Shown piece by piece: positions 14,101 to 29,100 of a stretch of DNA of 64,000 nt (within the stretch, counting starts at the first letter, position 1; every line of letters starts with the position of its first letter). Both the position numbers and the translations under genes were made by a program. Origin of the DNA: Phoronis australis (Eukaryota; Animalia; Phoronida). The stretch covers positions 268,952-332,951 of the forward strand of contig NMRA01000072.1 in NCBI GenBank assembly GCA_002633005.1. Reading direction: 5' to 3'. The notes under the pieces were generated by a model, which saw nothing but the letters and a program-made list of their open reading frames with translations, was not told the DNA's origin and made no database searches.

Positions 14101-17100
14101 TGAAATGATATTTTAGAAAACTGTGATAGCCTTTTTGAGATCTCATTTTGAAAATTTATATCAATTAAAATGTGATGGTGTAATTGAATTTTACTAAACA
14201 GACATGTTCGCGTGACCTCAATGAATAGTAGATTGGTAAAAGTCAAAAACTAAATTCTACAGTCTATCTACTTTCAGAAAATGTATACTTCTACTGCGCT
14301 AATATCAATAGCATTGTAGATATTTGACTAAATACACAAACTTGTCAATAAGATCCTACATAACCTTGTCCAAGTCTATATGATGAGGTCAGATAAATAC
14401 TTCATTAGACTGTCATTGACATGCATTTCTGGGCCTGTATATACCTGAATATGCTCTGTAAATATGGGACATTGTCTCGGCATTATTCATGCATAGTGAA
14501 AACAAAAGCTTGTTTGAATAGCACCTATTAATCGGACTTGATCACTCATCGAAAAACAATAGCTTGATTGAAACCAGGTTAATATTCTGCCATTGGTTGG
14601 GTTTCTGAGCTGTTGAGTAATAGCAAGATGTTTCTTGATGTAGCCCAAAATCATCCACAAATTGTAAAATCTAAATTGCCAAAATTATCCGGTTTTCTTT
14701 TTTGAAGGTCTTCCAACATTGAGAATGCCTATTATTTTTCAAAATCTTCTCTGATGGTAGCTTATAATGGTACAGAACTTGGACATCATAAAGCATTAAT
14801 TTGTTGCTGCATATCTTTCATGAAAAAGTGAGAAAAAAATTCCCATGTCTGCTTTACTGTGTACTAAATTTGTGAGATTCTCATTTGATATGAGGGATCC
14901 TGGCTTAAAACAGATCCTATTATTTAGTGTGTGACAGTTTGTGTGGCAGTAGTTCTTTAAGTTAGGATGTAGTGTGGTGGAAAGACAGTATTTTAGTCAA
15001 TCAAAATTCTCAATATGGAAATTTTTTTACTTCGTTGTTATGGGTGATTCTGTGTGATACCATACGATGTATGTTTGGTACTTTAAATTATTTGTGTGTT
15101 TGTAACACTGAAAGTATTAGAAAATGGAAATTGATAATTCTAGCAGTAGTTGTTTTTTGTCGGAAATTGAAGACTGTTGTCTTGAACATAGGAAAAAGCT
15201 TGTTTACACGAAACAGATCATAACTGAGTGCTATTGACAGTGTATACACTTCTTGACTTTCACCAAGGACAGAATATTGTTTTTAGACCCCAAAAATGTG
15301 GTGAAGGCTGAGGCACCCCTTTGAGGATAATTCCACCAAAATTTGACTTGGGGAGGGCACTCTAGACACATCAAATAATATCCTCGTCATGTAATAATCT
15401 ATTATTATTGTAATACCATGCATGAATATATGTTGGCATGCAATGCAGTTTACATCGTTCATCATGTAGTTCTTGGTGGCTTTGTTGTTGGTGTTGGATT
15501 GATTTTAAAAAAATTAAAATGGGCAGTCAGGCAGTGTAATGCAGTACAAGTTGTCAATGCCTGAGGGATCTAGAGCACTTGTTTTTGTTGGAACGCTTAA
15601 TTAATTAAGCTATGAGCTAATTAAAGTATTTCCACTTGAAGAGTTAATGAGGCAATGACTTCCTGGCCTCTGGCCATTGAATGTTGCGGACATATAAAAA
15701 AAGTTTCCTACTGATTGTCACATCATTTCAACGTCCCAGTTCAGAACATAAAGCCAAAAAACACACTGGTAGTTGGTTCTGGTTTGTACCTCAACTCATT
15801 TTAAACCTGCACTCAATACTTAAAGGTAAAAAAGCGCTTGCCTTCATCAATTTCAATGAAGGTATCAGATTTTTTTTTGAAAAACACCACAAATACATGC
15901 GTGTAAGGTTTTTAATTAATGTCGTTGTTTGTCTAGACTAGTGAACCCCCCAGTACTGAAATTTGGAGCTAGTATCAATTGAGTAAAGAACGCATCCATT
16001 TTGCTTTCTCAGGTGTTGTTTTCAGTGTAAAAAATGGGCTACTGTAAAAACTCACCAATTTCGAATAAAAATAATTGCTATTCATTTTTCAAAACCTTTT
16101 AACATTGTTGTGAATGCCCACCATTTCTCAGAAACATTGTCTGTGGTAGCTATGACATGGGTCATATGGTGCCTTTACTTAGTGTTACTATAATCTATTA
16201 TGTAAAAATGAAAAAAATAGATTTCACTTGTGGGTCATATTGTGCCCTAAATTGGTGAGATTTTACTGGGCTAAAAATATTGCACCATCACTTCAATTTG
16301 TTAATGCAAACAAAGACTAGAACCAGCTATGCTTTTTGGTCTAACATCTAATCCAAAACCTAGCGACATTGCCACTTGCAAACTGTATTGCTTACAACTT
16401 GTAGTTAAGTCCTGTCAAGTGTTTTTTTTTTTCTTTTTGTTAAAGTGTTCACTGTTTTTGTACAATAAATTTATGGAAACTTACAATTTAAAGCCAGGCA
16501 ACTTTTGTTGCTGTGCGGGTAGTTGTAATATAGACACCATGTTGACCTAAGAAAATTCAAAATGAACAGCTCATTACCCAACTCAACTTGTGAGAATTTG
16601 CGAAAATTTTAAACATTTCTTGTTCATTTGGCTCTAATGTACTTTTCATTTGTTTTCATTGCAGACAAATTCATTCCAATCTACCAACAACTTCAGAAGA
16701 TGAAACTCGACAAGAGCCCATTTGTTATCATCGCCGTGGTTGGTCAGGAACTCTTGGCTGCCAACTGCTACGCCCAATCAGCGGAGGTGTTAGAATCTGC
16801 CCTGAAAATCGACACATGCAGTCTGAAACTGAAAGGCTCCGTGTTCTCGGCTCTCAGCAGTGCCTACTGGGGTCTGAGGAATACCGACAAGGCCCTCAAC
16901 TACATGCAACAGGACCTTGTGGTAGCCAAATCTCTAGGTATGATTTAAGCTTTTCTGTTCGCTGTCATGGCTCTGATAGAGTCACCCTCTGTTAGGTTTT
17001 ATAGAAATGCAAACTTTTGCCATGCTCAGTAGCTTTAAAAAAATTGACAAAAATTCATATTGTGTCCTAGACTGAATACTTCTATATATTATAAAAGCGG

Positions 17101-20100
17101 CGTTGAATTTTGATAACACCTCACTGACCAATTCTGAAAGCAGAAAATACCATGGGGCAGAAAATTTAGAGAGCAGGTTTGTTTTGTTATTTGGTTGTTT
17201 GTCAGCCTTATCTGATGTGTTTGACCTTCTCAGCCAAACAGAGCTCTGTATAGCTGCCATGTTCTAAAATAACGAAATTAATATTATGATTGTAGTGTTT
17301 GATACTAACATTAAGGACACCTTTGTGTTGTTTATAAACAATGCAATGTTTACATCAAGACTGGAAGGTTTCAGATGGATGCTGGAAAAGATTTCCAGTA
17401 GAATATGAAATAAGCTTATGGAATTGTCCATAATTATTCCACTCTGTAGCAGTGTGTAATTGTTGAGCATTCTCAAACATGCATTAATCTGCCCGTTTCA
17501 TTAATTAGCTACTTAGTTTTGATTGTTTGAGTGCTGTATTAAGGAACAATGAATTTGGCTGCTAATCTCCAACATCCTGTATACAGACTACAGTATAAAG
17601 TGAGTCACCAACTGTGACTTATATTTAAACAGACATAGCCTTCCATCAATTAATGACTTCAATGGGTCACTCTGCCCTGGTGCTAAAAGTGCTTGGTATA
17701 CTGGGTGATGGGGATAGATAGGTAAGCGATATTCCAAGCAGGATGACCTGTCTCTGTTCAGTTGTGAGCTTTTAGGCCATTGCGTTGAATTGGAGAAGAG
17801 TTGTGCAGATATTCTAGCTCTGTGAAGATGTCTGATCAGTTTTAAAAGCAGGCACAGATTCAGGGGTTTCTAGGGGTCCAAGACCCCTCTATATGGTGAT
17901 CAGCCACTTATGTCTTTCTGTAGTGGAAGAATGTCTGGCCATTCCTACATTCTTCAAAATTTTGAGCTTGGATTCTGTTGCTGGAGAGTTAGGTATATTT
18001 TTCTAGTGAAATCCTGCCATCTCCTAGGGTTGCTTATTAATGTTATTCAAAAGAAAACATTTAGGTCTTGTCTGCTGTAGGCTATTTAGTCTGGGGTTAT
18101 AAAAACTGGACAAAGTACTCAAAGCATCTTGGTGACACCAGAAGCATCCACCATGTTACCATAATCAACTCTTGCAGTATTCACATTATAAGGCCTTAAG
18201 TTAAATATTCATGTTGGGGGTAGTGTATTTCTAGCTTGCCAATACTTTTATTCAGTCATAGGGGCTACATTGTTTTGCTTGAGTTAGTTAAGCCTGGATG
18301 GGTTTTGTACGACACAGCTGTTTTAAGATGTCAGGGTTAGACACAGGCATTGGTAAATCTGTCATCAGTTGACTGTTATGGAATGTTTGTGGACTGGAGC
18401 TGTGGAGCCCACATATTTGGCTGATGTGAGTCAACTGACTCAGACTTACTATGGCAGAGGATGAAGGTAGGCTCGCTATCATAGTCAGAACTGCCAGGGC
18501 AAAACTGCAATATACTAGGATAGAAAAAATATTCAGAAACAAATTGTCTGTGGTTTTGCTAGCCTTAACTTTTTTCATAATTTCAATACTATCATATCTG
18601 TGTGTTGATAAGTAACCAGAATTATCTAGACAACTAACTGGAGAACCCATGGATTTAATGAGTTTATAAGGCTTGCTGCTTAGACAAGGCCAAAGGGTCC
18701 TTATAGGGTTTGGTATCCAGTTCACTAAGACAGGTTTTTCCGTTAGTCATTGTAGTAATAAACTCCTTTTCTATCATATATGGTCTGAGACAGTTATCTG
18801 TAGCTATCTGTGTGTTCCTGCTGTTGGTAGTCAAAGATTTTATAGTTTAGTCTATTATACCGATGTGATAGATAAAAGTGTATTTAAATGTGAGTGTCTG
18901 ATGGCTGCGTGTACAATGATGGTGTCTGTTTCATAATTCATTTGCAAACTACATGAAGTATTTTGATCAATTCAACTTAAAACTGTTGCTCTCGTAAGGT
19001 TTTGCATGATTCAAAGGCTTTTTAAAACAAGTCAAGACTGACGCATGAGTGAAATATCGTGCAACTTCCAAGAAAAGACTTTAAGCTCCGTTGGGAAATG
19101 GTGTCTCACCATAACCTGATTTTGAGAACCAGTTTGATGCCTGTTATTCAGTGGGGAATATTGGTTCTCTAAATGCAAGACCCTGGTAATTGACTATTAC
19201 CCCTATTGTATAAGATTATTTGATATTTGGAGTAGTTTCAGACTTTTGAATATTCTTGTGGCGAGCAGTCGACTTCTTGTCAGTTGTTGTGACCCAGAGT
19301 TTGAGTCATTGTGGTCAGTATGCTGCCATAATGGCGTAGTGGTCACTGGTAGCATTCCATACAGTGCCCTGCACTGCAAGTCTAGGGTCTGTGTTTGTCA
19401 TTAAGTCCCATCTTACATGTTTTACAATTCAGTGACTGGATGGCTGAGGTCACTGAGAATTCATGGTACTGTTGTTTTAAACAACTGTTTTCAAATGCAA
19501 ACTTGTCATGGTTGTTGATATGGCAAGCTGAAAATAACACCAGTAATGTTTTGTCTTCCTGATAATGAACTAAATTGTAAACATATCATGGCCTATAGTG
19601 TAACTGGTGAATTAATTTCCGCCTGAGGAAAGGATCGTATTCTCGTCTCAAAGACAACTGGAGTGCTACGTCTTTTTGAAGTTTCATGAAAGTTTGACTG
19701 CTTATGCAATGTGCTACCAGTGGAGTTGATTAAACAAATTATGTTCAGAAAGGAGAAGTACTGAATAAGATTTGGTTCATTGTAATTTTTTTTTTGTCAA
19801 ATGAAAATGAAAACCACCCAAAACATTGAGTTTCAAAGTTAAGCTAGTTTTTGAAGGTTATTGCATTTCTCAGATGTATGTTACCAACAGTTTCTGTGAT
19901 TATTGGGCCCAAGATATCAACGATTTTACTGCAGATTCAATTGGAAAATTAGCCAATCACAACACATAAAATTAAAAAGACTTTGAAGTATGACGCGCAA
20001 TTTTTAAGCTGTTTAAGCTGAAGTGTGGACACTATGTTCAAGGTCAAATGGTCATTGTCGCTCAAAGAAAGGATACTATAAATTTGTCCTGATCGTGAGT

Positions 20101-23100
20101 ATACACTGAGTTGTACTTGGTGTGTGAGCATATTTAATCTTGTTCTGTTCTCCTGTAGGTGATGAAGATGGACAATGCAGGGCCTATGGTAACCTGGGCT
20201 CCTCACAGTTTGCCAACGCCAACTACAAGGAGGCTTTAAAACACCACAAGTGCCAACTCGCCCTGGCTATGAAACTCAAGAACAAGCATGCTGCTGCCAC
20301 GGCACTGAGCAGTTTGGGACACGTCTATAGCAGCATGGGAGATTACCAGAATGCTCTAGCCAGTCATAAGCAATGCGTGCTACTAGTAAAGCAGACTAAT
20401 GATAAAGTGTGGGAGGCACGCGAGATTGGTAATGTAGGAGCCGTGTATCTGTCCATGGGAGAATTCCATAGTGCTCTTGAGTGTCATAACTTACACTTAC
20501 AAATGGCTAAGGAACTGGGTGACCGAGCTGAGGAGGCGCGAGCATATAGTAATCTGGGTAGTGCTTATCACTACAGCAGGAACTTTGATAAAGCATTTGG
20601 TTATCACACTAAAGTGTTGGAAATATCACAGCAGGTCAGTGACAAGACTCTAGAGGCACGGGCATTTGCCGGCCTAGGTCACGTCGCCCGTGCAATGGGC
20701 GACATGGGTAAGGCTAAGGTGTACCATGAGAAACAGTTGGACTATGCAATACAGACCAAAGACAAGGCTGCAGAGGGCCGAGCATGTTCGAACTTAGGGA
20801 TTATCTTCCATCAGTTACAAGAGTATAATGCAGCGCTGAAGCTTCATAAAGTCCATTTGAGTATAGCCAAAATGTTGTCGGACCGTGCAGCCCAGGGCAG
20901 AGCCTACGGCAACATTGGAAATGCATACAGTGCTCTCAAACAGTACGAACTTGCTGTGAAGTATCATAAGCAAGAGTTAGCAATCTCAAAGGAGGTGAAT
21001 GATAGACATTCAGAGGCGGCCACACACGGTAACTTAGCCGTGGCCTATCAGGCTTTAAATATGTATGAGCAAGCTCTGCAACATTATCATGCTCATCTGA
21101 ACATTGCTCAAGAGTTACGGGACACGGCTAGTGAGGCCAGAGCTGTCAGCAACTTGGGTAACTACCATAGTTCGCGTGGTGAGTTCACACAAGCCATTCC
21201 ATTTTATCAGCACTTTTTGACTCTGTCACAGGAGTTGCAGGACATCGAGGGTGAGGGCAATGCCTGCCACAAACTGGGCTATGCACACTACTCTCTGGGC
21301 ACCTACAGGGAAGCCATTAGATATTATGAACAGGACTTAACCCTTGCTCGCGATCAAAAAGACCAGGTGAATATGGGTCGAGCCTATTGTAATCTGGGTC
21401 TGGCGCACAGCGCCCTCGGTAGTTATCCTAGTGCACTAGACTGTCAGCAGAAATTTCTGACTATAGCCCTAGAAATGAAAAATCTGCAAGGCAAGTTTCG
21501 CGCTCTTGGCAATATTGGCGATGTTCTGGTGAAACTGAGCAATGTTACGGAAGCTATTAAAATGTACAATCAGCAGTTGAAGCTGTCAAAACAAATTAGT
21601 GACAAGAAACTGGAGGCCAGTGCCTACGGTGCTCTCGGCATCGCTCATAAGATTATACAGCAATATGACAAAGCACTGGGTTATCACAACCAAGAGCTGA
21701 TGTGTCGTCAGGAGATCTCAGATATCCAGGGTGAATGTCGTGCCCACGGCAACATGGGCAATGTTCACATGGCGATAGGGAACTACCGCAATGCGTATAA
21801 GTGTTACGAGGAACAGCTGGACCGCGGGCGAGAGCTGCGTGATAGCACGATTGAGGCTCAGGCTAGTGGTAACCTGGGCATAACTCAGATGAACCTTGGA
21901 CATTATGAAGATGCCATAGGTTTGTTTGAACAACAGTTGGCCACCCTGGAACAGGTGACTGGTTATAATGCCACATTGGACAAAGGCCGGGCCTGTGGTA
22001 ATCTGGGTGACTGTTACGAGGCATTGGGAGACTTTGAAGAGGCGGTCAAATGTCATGAACAGTATCTGGCCATTGCTCAAAACAGCAGCAATCCATCAGA
22101 CCAGGGTAAAGCATATCGCGGCCTAGGCAGTGCCCACCGATCTATGGGCAATCTGCAGCAGGCTCTGGTCTGCTTTGAAAAGCGGTTGGTAGTGGCCCAC
22201 GAGCTGGATGATGCTGTGGCCAAGGGGTCAGCTTACGGTGAATTGGGCTGCATACACAGCATGCTCGGTAACTTTGACCAGGCCATTTCTTGCCTGGAGC
22301 ATCAGTTGACCGTAGCCAGGGAAATGGGCGACAGTGTAGCGGAGGGGGATGCAGCGTGTGGCCTTGGTGGCGTCTACCAGAGGATGGGCGAGTACGAGCG
22401 GGCACTGGAGTACCACCAGATGGACCTACGGATAGCACAAGAAGCCAACAACATGGCTGCGCAGTGTGAGTACACGTGGGCTGAAGTTTAGTCTTCTTGA
22501 TTCTAAGTATTTAAGGATTTAAATGAGGCCAAGAAAACATATTTGATTCTGGTTGTTTTTTTTTGAAAACAAAGTCAATGGTGTGTTATTTTTTAGCTGC
22601 TCACTTTTTCAAAAAGGAAAATCCACCTGAGGTGAGCAAAAATGATGCAGGATTTCTTTTTTTACTCGTCACTTGGCAAATCATGGTGTTTCAATCCTTG
22701 CTGACCCATATTTACATGTCTTTTTGTAAGCTTTAAAACACATTATACCTTGACTGACATTGATACAGGCAGACGCTTTTTTAGTCAGTGTGTGCAGGTC
22801 TCAAAATAAGTTTGAGTAAAGATCAGAACCAACTTTGCTTTTTGGCCTTTGAAGCAAAATATTTTGATAGAAAATATTCTATGGCTACAGAGTCTAGAAG
22901 TTAAGTGTATCCAGATTTGATCAAGTTGTGTTCATGTTCTTTCTTTACGCTTGTGGAAATATTTAAAATCGAGACTGAATAAAGAAAGGGATTTGCGTAC
23001 TGCATAAGGCTCATGTTCACCGGTTTCTTTTCACAGTGCTACATGCATTCTAACATTTCAGGCCGTGCCCATGGTAACTTGGGAATATCTCACGAGTCTC

Positions 23101-26100
23101 TGGGCAGCCTGGACAGTGCTCTGATGTACCAAGAGCAACACCTGCGGATAGCCACACAGATGAATGATATGGTAGCCAGAACTCTGGCATTCGCTAGTCT
23201 AGGTAAAATAACAACTGGATCTGGTGTACTTAATCATTGTCAAGTCAACGGATGTCAGGAGTTGAAATGTAGTTCAGCACTGATAGAGTGACAACACGTC
23301 TCTGAAATCACGTTTTCCTGTTTTTGGAGTTATGAGTTTAATTTCTAGATGGAATGACAAGTGTGACCTATGGCAAGTTATCGGCTTGTCGAAAAGTTGT
23401 TATTGAAGTTGAGGGTACGCATGAGGTTGCCGAATGTGGTAGACTGTAATATTGTTTCTCTCTCTGCGTCTTGGACAGTGCAAGTCAAAAGTAATAGTGT
23501 TCCTTGCCATCGTGACAGCCAATTCCACTTGCTGTGAGCAGCAAAAACAAGGTGTGATGACACGTCATGTCTCATCACCCTTTCTATGAATCTTTTTTGT
23601 AATCGTACTTGATTAAGTTCCTCTTAGCTACCAGTTATTCTTGGTCGTATTTCTTGGCTGTGTATTTCATGACAGTGAATTGCATTTGACGAAGAATTTT
23701 GATTGATTTTGCCTCTGGATGCATAAGTATAACACCAAATTCAGTTGGTTTCTTGTTCTTATTCTGTTTAGTCTTGGGGTTAATCCATTGATCTCATTTC
23801 AGGCCGCGTCCATCACAACCTCAGCAACTATCCACAGGCTGTCCAGTACCTGCAGCAGGGTTTGCAGATCGCCGAAATGTTGGGTCGACGCGAGGATGAG
23901 GCAAAGATTCGCCATCGCTTAGGCCTGTCACTGTGGAGCCACGGTGAGCTAGAAGAGTCTCAACAACAACTGTACAAAGCGGCCGAGCTGTTTGAGAACA
24001 TCCGACGAGAAATGCACTTCAGTATTGACTGCCGGCTGTCCATGTTCGATCTACAGACAGCTTCCTACCAGGCTCTCCAGGTGAGTGGGGTCTGGCAGAT
24101 TGTGAAATATGCCTCATTGCCTTGTCAGTGTTGACTTACAAACTAGACTCGTGCAGAATTCTGGTACTTTGGTTGACATTTGAACTCTGTCAGTGCAAGC
24201 TTGGATCATTTACTTAGTCGTGGAAACGCCAGAGTTTAACTGTTCATGATGTCTACAGCAATTTAAATGCAAGCCGTCAGTTATTGCATTCTGAATCCGC
24301 TGAGTTGTTCCTCCGGCAACAAAATACTGACTAGAGTTCTTCAGGAGTATTGGAAAAATGTAAAAACTTTCCAATCGAAGAAATTCTAACCAGCAACACA
24401 GGGTAAAATTCTTTTCATTTGGCGCGTAAGCGGCAGTGGCTGTGTGGACATTTATCAATTTCTTTTTTGTTTCCTTTTCCAGCGTGTTCTGGTTGAACTG
24501 AATCGCCATGAGGAAGCCCTTGTGGTCGCTGAAAGGGGTCGTACCCGCGCTTTCATCGACCTGCTGTTGGAACGCCAACTGGACAGACAGGGAATGTTTG
24601 GCCTCTTGGATATGGCCCCTGTAACCATCGAGCACATGATGCAGATTGTGTCCAGGCAGAAAGCTGCTGTCATTTACTACTCTATCGCAGCAGGGTACCT
24701 CTACAGCTGGCTGTTGTTACCACAGAAAGGTGAGCAGTTAAAAAATAATTGGGCAAAATGTGATGACAAAGCCAATGCTTCAGCCGAGTGCAAGAGGAAC
24801 TCACCGTCGGAGCAGTTGGGATGATATGATTTTATATGATTTTTTGTATGCGGTGGTACATTTAGAAGATTTGTTGGATGGATGCAAGTACTTGATTCTC
24901 TTCATTTCTGAAGAAATTGGTGTCCATGCAATTTATTAATGCTTGTATTTTGCTCAACTTTATTTATAGTACACATACCTCTTTCCTTTACGTAAGTGAA
25001 CTAAGCCAACATTGTCTAGTCTGCATTCTGCGGTAGATTTCATGAGCCGTAATATTAGTGTCGCAGATGCCCGTTTACTTTGCTTGAATTTGCAATTTCA
25101 GTGGTTCCCATTCTGCCCTTTCAGGTCTGGTAAAGTTCCACGAGTGTACGGTCAACGAGCTTGATGCTACAGCCAACACCAACATGGACGACAATACCAG
25201 TTTGAATGCATCCACAACCTCATTGTTAGACCAGTATGTGGGTCATGTGCGGGAGTCCCTGGGGGTTGAGACCCGATTGTCATCCATGCCAAGCCTGTCA
25301 GGCTACAGTGAGAGTGAGAGCGATGTGGAGGATGTGTGGAACCCTCAGATGGAGGAGATTAGTAAGAGGAACGCCGACAGTGACCGATCAGGCTTCTTGC
25401 ACATGGTCAACAGAAATCACATGTTCAATAGCAGTAACTACAGTTTGAGTAGTCTGTTCAGTGTTAGTCTGAATGGTATTAGTGGTGGTCAGGGAAGCAC
25501 CAATGGTAGTGACCGTAGTGGACTGGGGCATGCACCATTGGCAGCACTGTACAAGTTACTCATAGCGCCCATGGAGGAGGCATTGCTTGCCGGTGGGGAT
25601 AACGCCCCCAAAGACATTGCGTTGGTCCTGCAGGGTGATTTGTATCTGGTGCCGTTTTCTGTGTTGAGAGACAATCAAATGAGCCCGTACTTGTGCGAGA
25701 GGTTCAATCTACTGGTTGTACCTTCACTCACCTCGCTGCAGTCAGCTCGCTCCAGAATTAGCAAGTCAGTGCAGTCTGTCAATGGTGGTCTCGTGGTAGG
25801 CAACCCAATCTTGCCACAACGTGTGCAGGATCATTGGCAGTGGCATGACTTGCCAGCCGCCGAGCAGGAAGCCAAGATCGTGTCGGAGATTCTGGGTACG
25901 AAACCCCTGGTAGGACGACAAGCCAACAAAGAAGCAGTGTTCCAGCAAATGTCCAGCACTGAGATTATTCACATCGCTTCACACATCTCGTGGAAGTTAT
26001 CCGCTGTGGTTCTATCACCTGACAACTTCACACCAGCTTCATCTGGTGGTGAGAATACGGATATGAATGACAGTGACAGCGATATCGTCAACCCTCTTGA

Positions 26101-29100
26101 TGGGCTGTCAATCTCTGACTTCCTGCTGACCGCGGCTGATGTTCTCAACATTCCATTGTCAGCACGGTTGGTGGTGCTCAGCTCCTGCCACACCGACGAC
26201 CGTGCTGGCAGGATCAACTCGGATGGTGTTGTCGGCCTAACGCGTGCCCTCTTAGCAGCTGGAGCTCAATGCGTCCTGTTGTCCCTGTGGCAGGTTCCCC
26301 AGGCAGCCTCCCAGCTGCTCCTCAAGACATTTTACAATGGTCTGCTGCAGGGCCTGACTGCCAGTCATGCCCTGAGGGAGGCTATGAAGTGTGTCCAGTC
26401 AAATAAGCAGATGTCTCATCCGTCCAACTGGGCTAGCTGGGTCCTGGTGGGTAATGACATCAAGCTGAGCAGTAAACAGGCCATGATGGGCCGGGCCCTG
26501 ATGCAGTTGCTACACACGCCGCACAAGTCACGTGATGCACTCCGCGTCATGCTGCATCTGGTGAGTTTGATGTGATTATTTTGTCAGTTTGTGCGTGACT
26601 GTTGTCTCTGTTTTGATATGCTTCTGTCTGTTTTCTGATGTCTAAATACAGTTGAATTGTGTTGCAAGTTACCATACTGTTTGCTCACCTATAACATCAT
26701 TCCCCAAGTCTCAAACCAAATAGCTGAATACAATTTGATTTGGCAACAGTGAACATTTTATAAAGGCCATGGTAGAATTCGTTGTAATGCAGTTCCTGTG
26801 TTTGGCTTCTGAGACATACCGTGAAAATTGTGTGTTTGGTTTAGTCATCATGGATACCCTACCTTCACCAGGGGGGTTGGTCTGGCAATAAGCAAACATG
26901 ACATCGCAGCAGTGATTGAGTGGTTTTAGTTCAGCCTTGGATTCTTTTTGACCTCGTACAAAACTCAAGGAAACAAAAATCGAGACTGCTTTTCTTTAAA
27001 TTCTAACTTTAGTCTGCCCACTCATTTTCTTGCCTTCCACGGAGAGGGAATAATGTCAATTTTTTCTTGAAACTAATGCAGTGGTACTCTGATTTATCTG
27101 GTCTGACTCCTCTCAAATTCCCAATGCTCTTTGATATGGCTGGTATTTGTTTTGTGACAACAGCGGAATGTACTTTGTACAACATTTGCTGACTTGAGTA
27201 TTTTTACAACGAAACCTCTGCTTGAGAATATTCTTGAACCAAATCTAATGTACAGCTTGTTTGCTAATGGTGTCCATGACCTCACATGTTATGTGGCTAT
27301 AGACCAATCCTATTGGTTTGCACAATGCACATGAGACCTACAAACCTGTGTCACCCCACTCCATATTGAACATCTGTTTATCATTAAGCCTCTGAAGGCT
27401 CTTCTCAGGTATCCAGCCTTATAACTCTATAATGCAGTGAAACCCTTTAAAGTAAATAGCACACTTCCTTGTGTTTCATGTGACTATATTGTTTGCTCAC
27501 TTCTGATCACTGGTGTCAAGTGTTATCTGGCTTATGGCCACAGTACAACTGGGAAGAAGTCATTGTCATTTACATTTGAATGACACTTGGGATATCTTTC
27601 AAATAATTTCAAGCTCAATGAGCTTATTATTCTTGCTGCGTTTTCATTGTACTCTTCATGCTGGAACGGTTATAACTTTTAAACCAGTTTAAAGGTTGTA
27701 ACTCTTGACGTGAAAACCTGTAAACATTGTAGCTGCTTACAGTTATCATCCACAGTTGCAATGATTGTAACAATGTGTAAATGGTCGGTGAAGTTGTAAA
27801 AGTTTTATAAGTTATTGTGTATACATCACATTCATAGATATTGACCTGGATTGGCTAAAACCAACTTCGAGTTTTAAAAGTTGTGTCTATAGGAATTTCT
27901 TTTGTTTGCATTTCACATGTTTAAGTTCTATTGCCTAGTGTCAGTTATACAGATGTGCTGCGTGTCTGAACTTCTCAGTTTTACCCACCCACTACCTTCC
28001 ATCACTTTTGGCATCTTCCCATACCTCTGTATTTGTGCTTCTTATTGCCCCTCATACCAGAGATTATTACATTTTACATACTGTATCTTATTTTCATTCC
28101 TATTCTTTGTATTTGTATTCTGTCATAATAAATGACTTTATTTTGCTAACCTCAGTCTCTCTTTCATGTCTGGTAACGAGCTTATGACATTTGTATTTTA
28201 CTTAGGACATATGTCAACCGAAATGTTATTAATTTTGTTTCCTTTAGATTGAGAAGAGTATACAGCGAATTAACCGCGGCGAGAAGAAAGCCATGTACGC
28301 CACCCGTCAGAGCATCGAGGCCAAGGTCGGGAACATTCCCGGCTGGTCGGACCTACTCAGTGCTGTCGGATTCAGGTTTGAGTCAGCTGCCAATGGCCTG
28401 CCCTCAGCTGTGTTCTTCCCAACTACAGACCCAGGAGACCGTCTATCTCAGTGCAGCTCAGTCCTTCAAGCATTCATGGGGCTGCCAGCCAATACGTTCA
28501 TGCCTTTGTCAAAACTCTTGAACAATCTGGAAGCTGGGGAGGCCATTATCGCTATGGTGAGTGGAATGCGATGTCAAATCATGCATATTTACCAACCATC
28601 TCGGTTTTGGTAATAGTGTTACACTTTTTGAAGCTTTGTTTGTATTCTTGCACAATTAACTTGTATTACTTTGCTTTTCCATGCAATTTATCCTTTTTTC
28701 CATTCCGATTTGCACACATGACTAAATAAAACACTGTTGGGATGCCGTTGGATGTTCCACGATGTGGCCTAGATCAAAACGTCTTGCTTGTTTATTTTTG
28801 AATATTGGCAACATATGAATCATGTCATGTCTACAAGTCTGCATTCAGCAAAATGTCTACAAAACTAATAAATTCAACTCAGTAAAAGTATAATTGTGTG
28901 AAAGTAGAAAGTCTGACATCCCAATCTGCTTTTGATTGGGTTATGTGACTATGTCCTCATAGTAAAATATAGCAAAACGAAACTGAGGTACATTCGTAGC
29001 AAAGCAATGGTATCAATAATGTGATTGACCAAATTTCATTTGATGTTGTTGTTCGAAATACTCTTTTATACCTGTGACTTGTAGTTATAATCGCAAATGT

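Noticed and set aside
19620-19680. Second possible hammerhead (ctgagga...ctc aaag); similar hint at ~8763
   Set aside because: GAAA core and stems are not intact; at most decayed relics
21718-22438. Minus-strand ORFs overlapping the TPR exon
   Set aside because: Shadow ORFs of a GC-richer coding exon; no recognisable motifs
20159-26560. Bacterial TPR-CHAT defence gene or horizontal transfer
   Set aside because: Intron-rich gene with TTC28-specific flanking motifs; a vertically inherited animal gene
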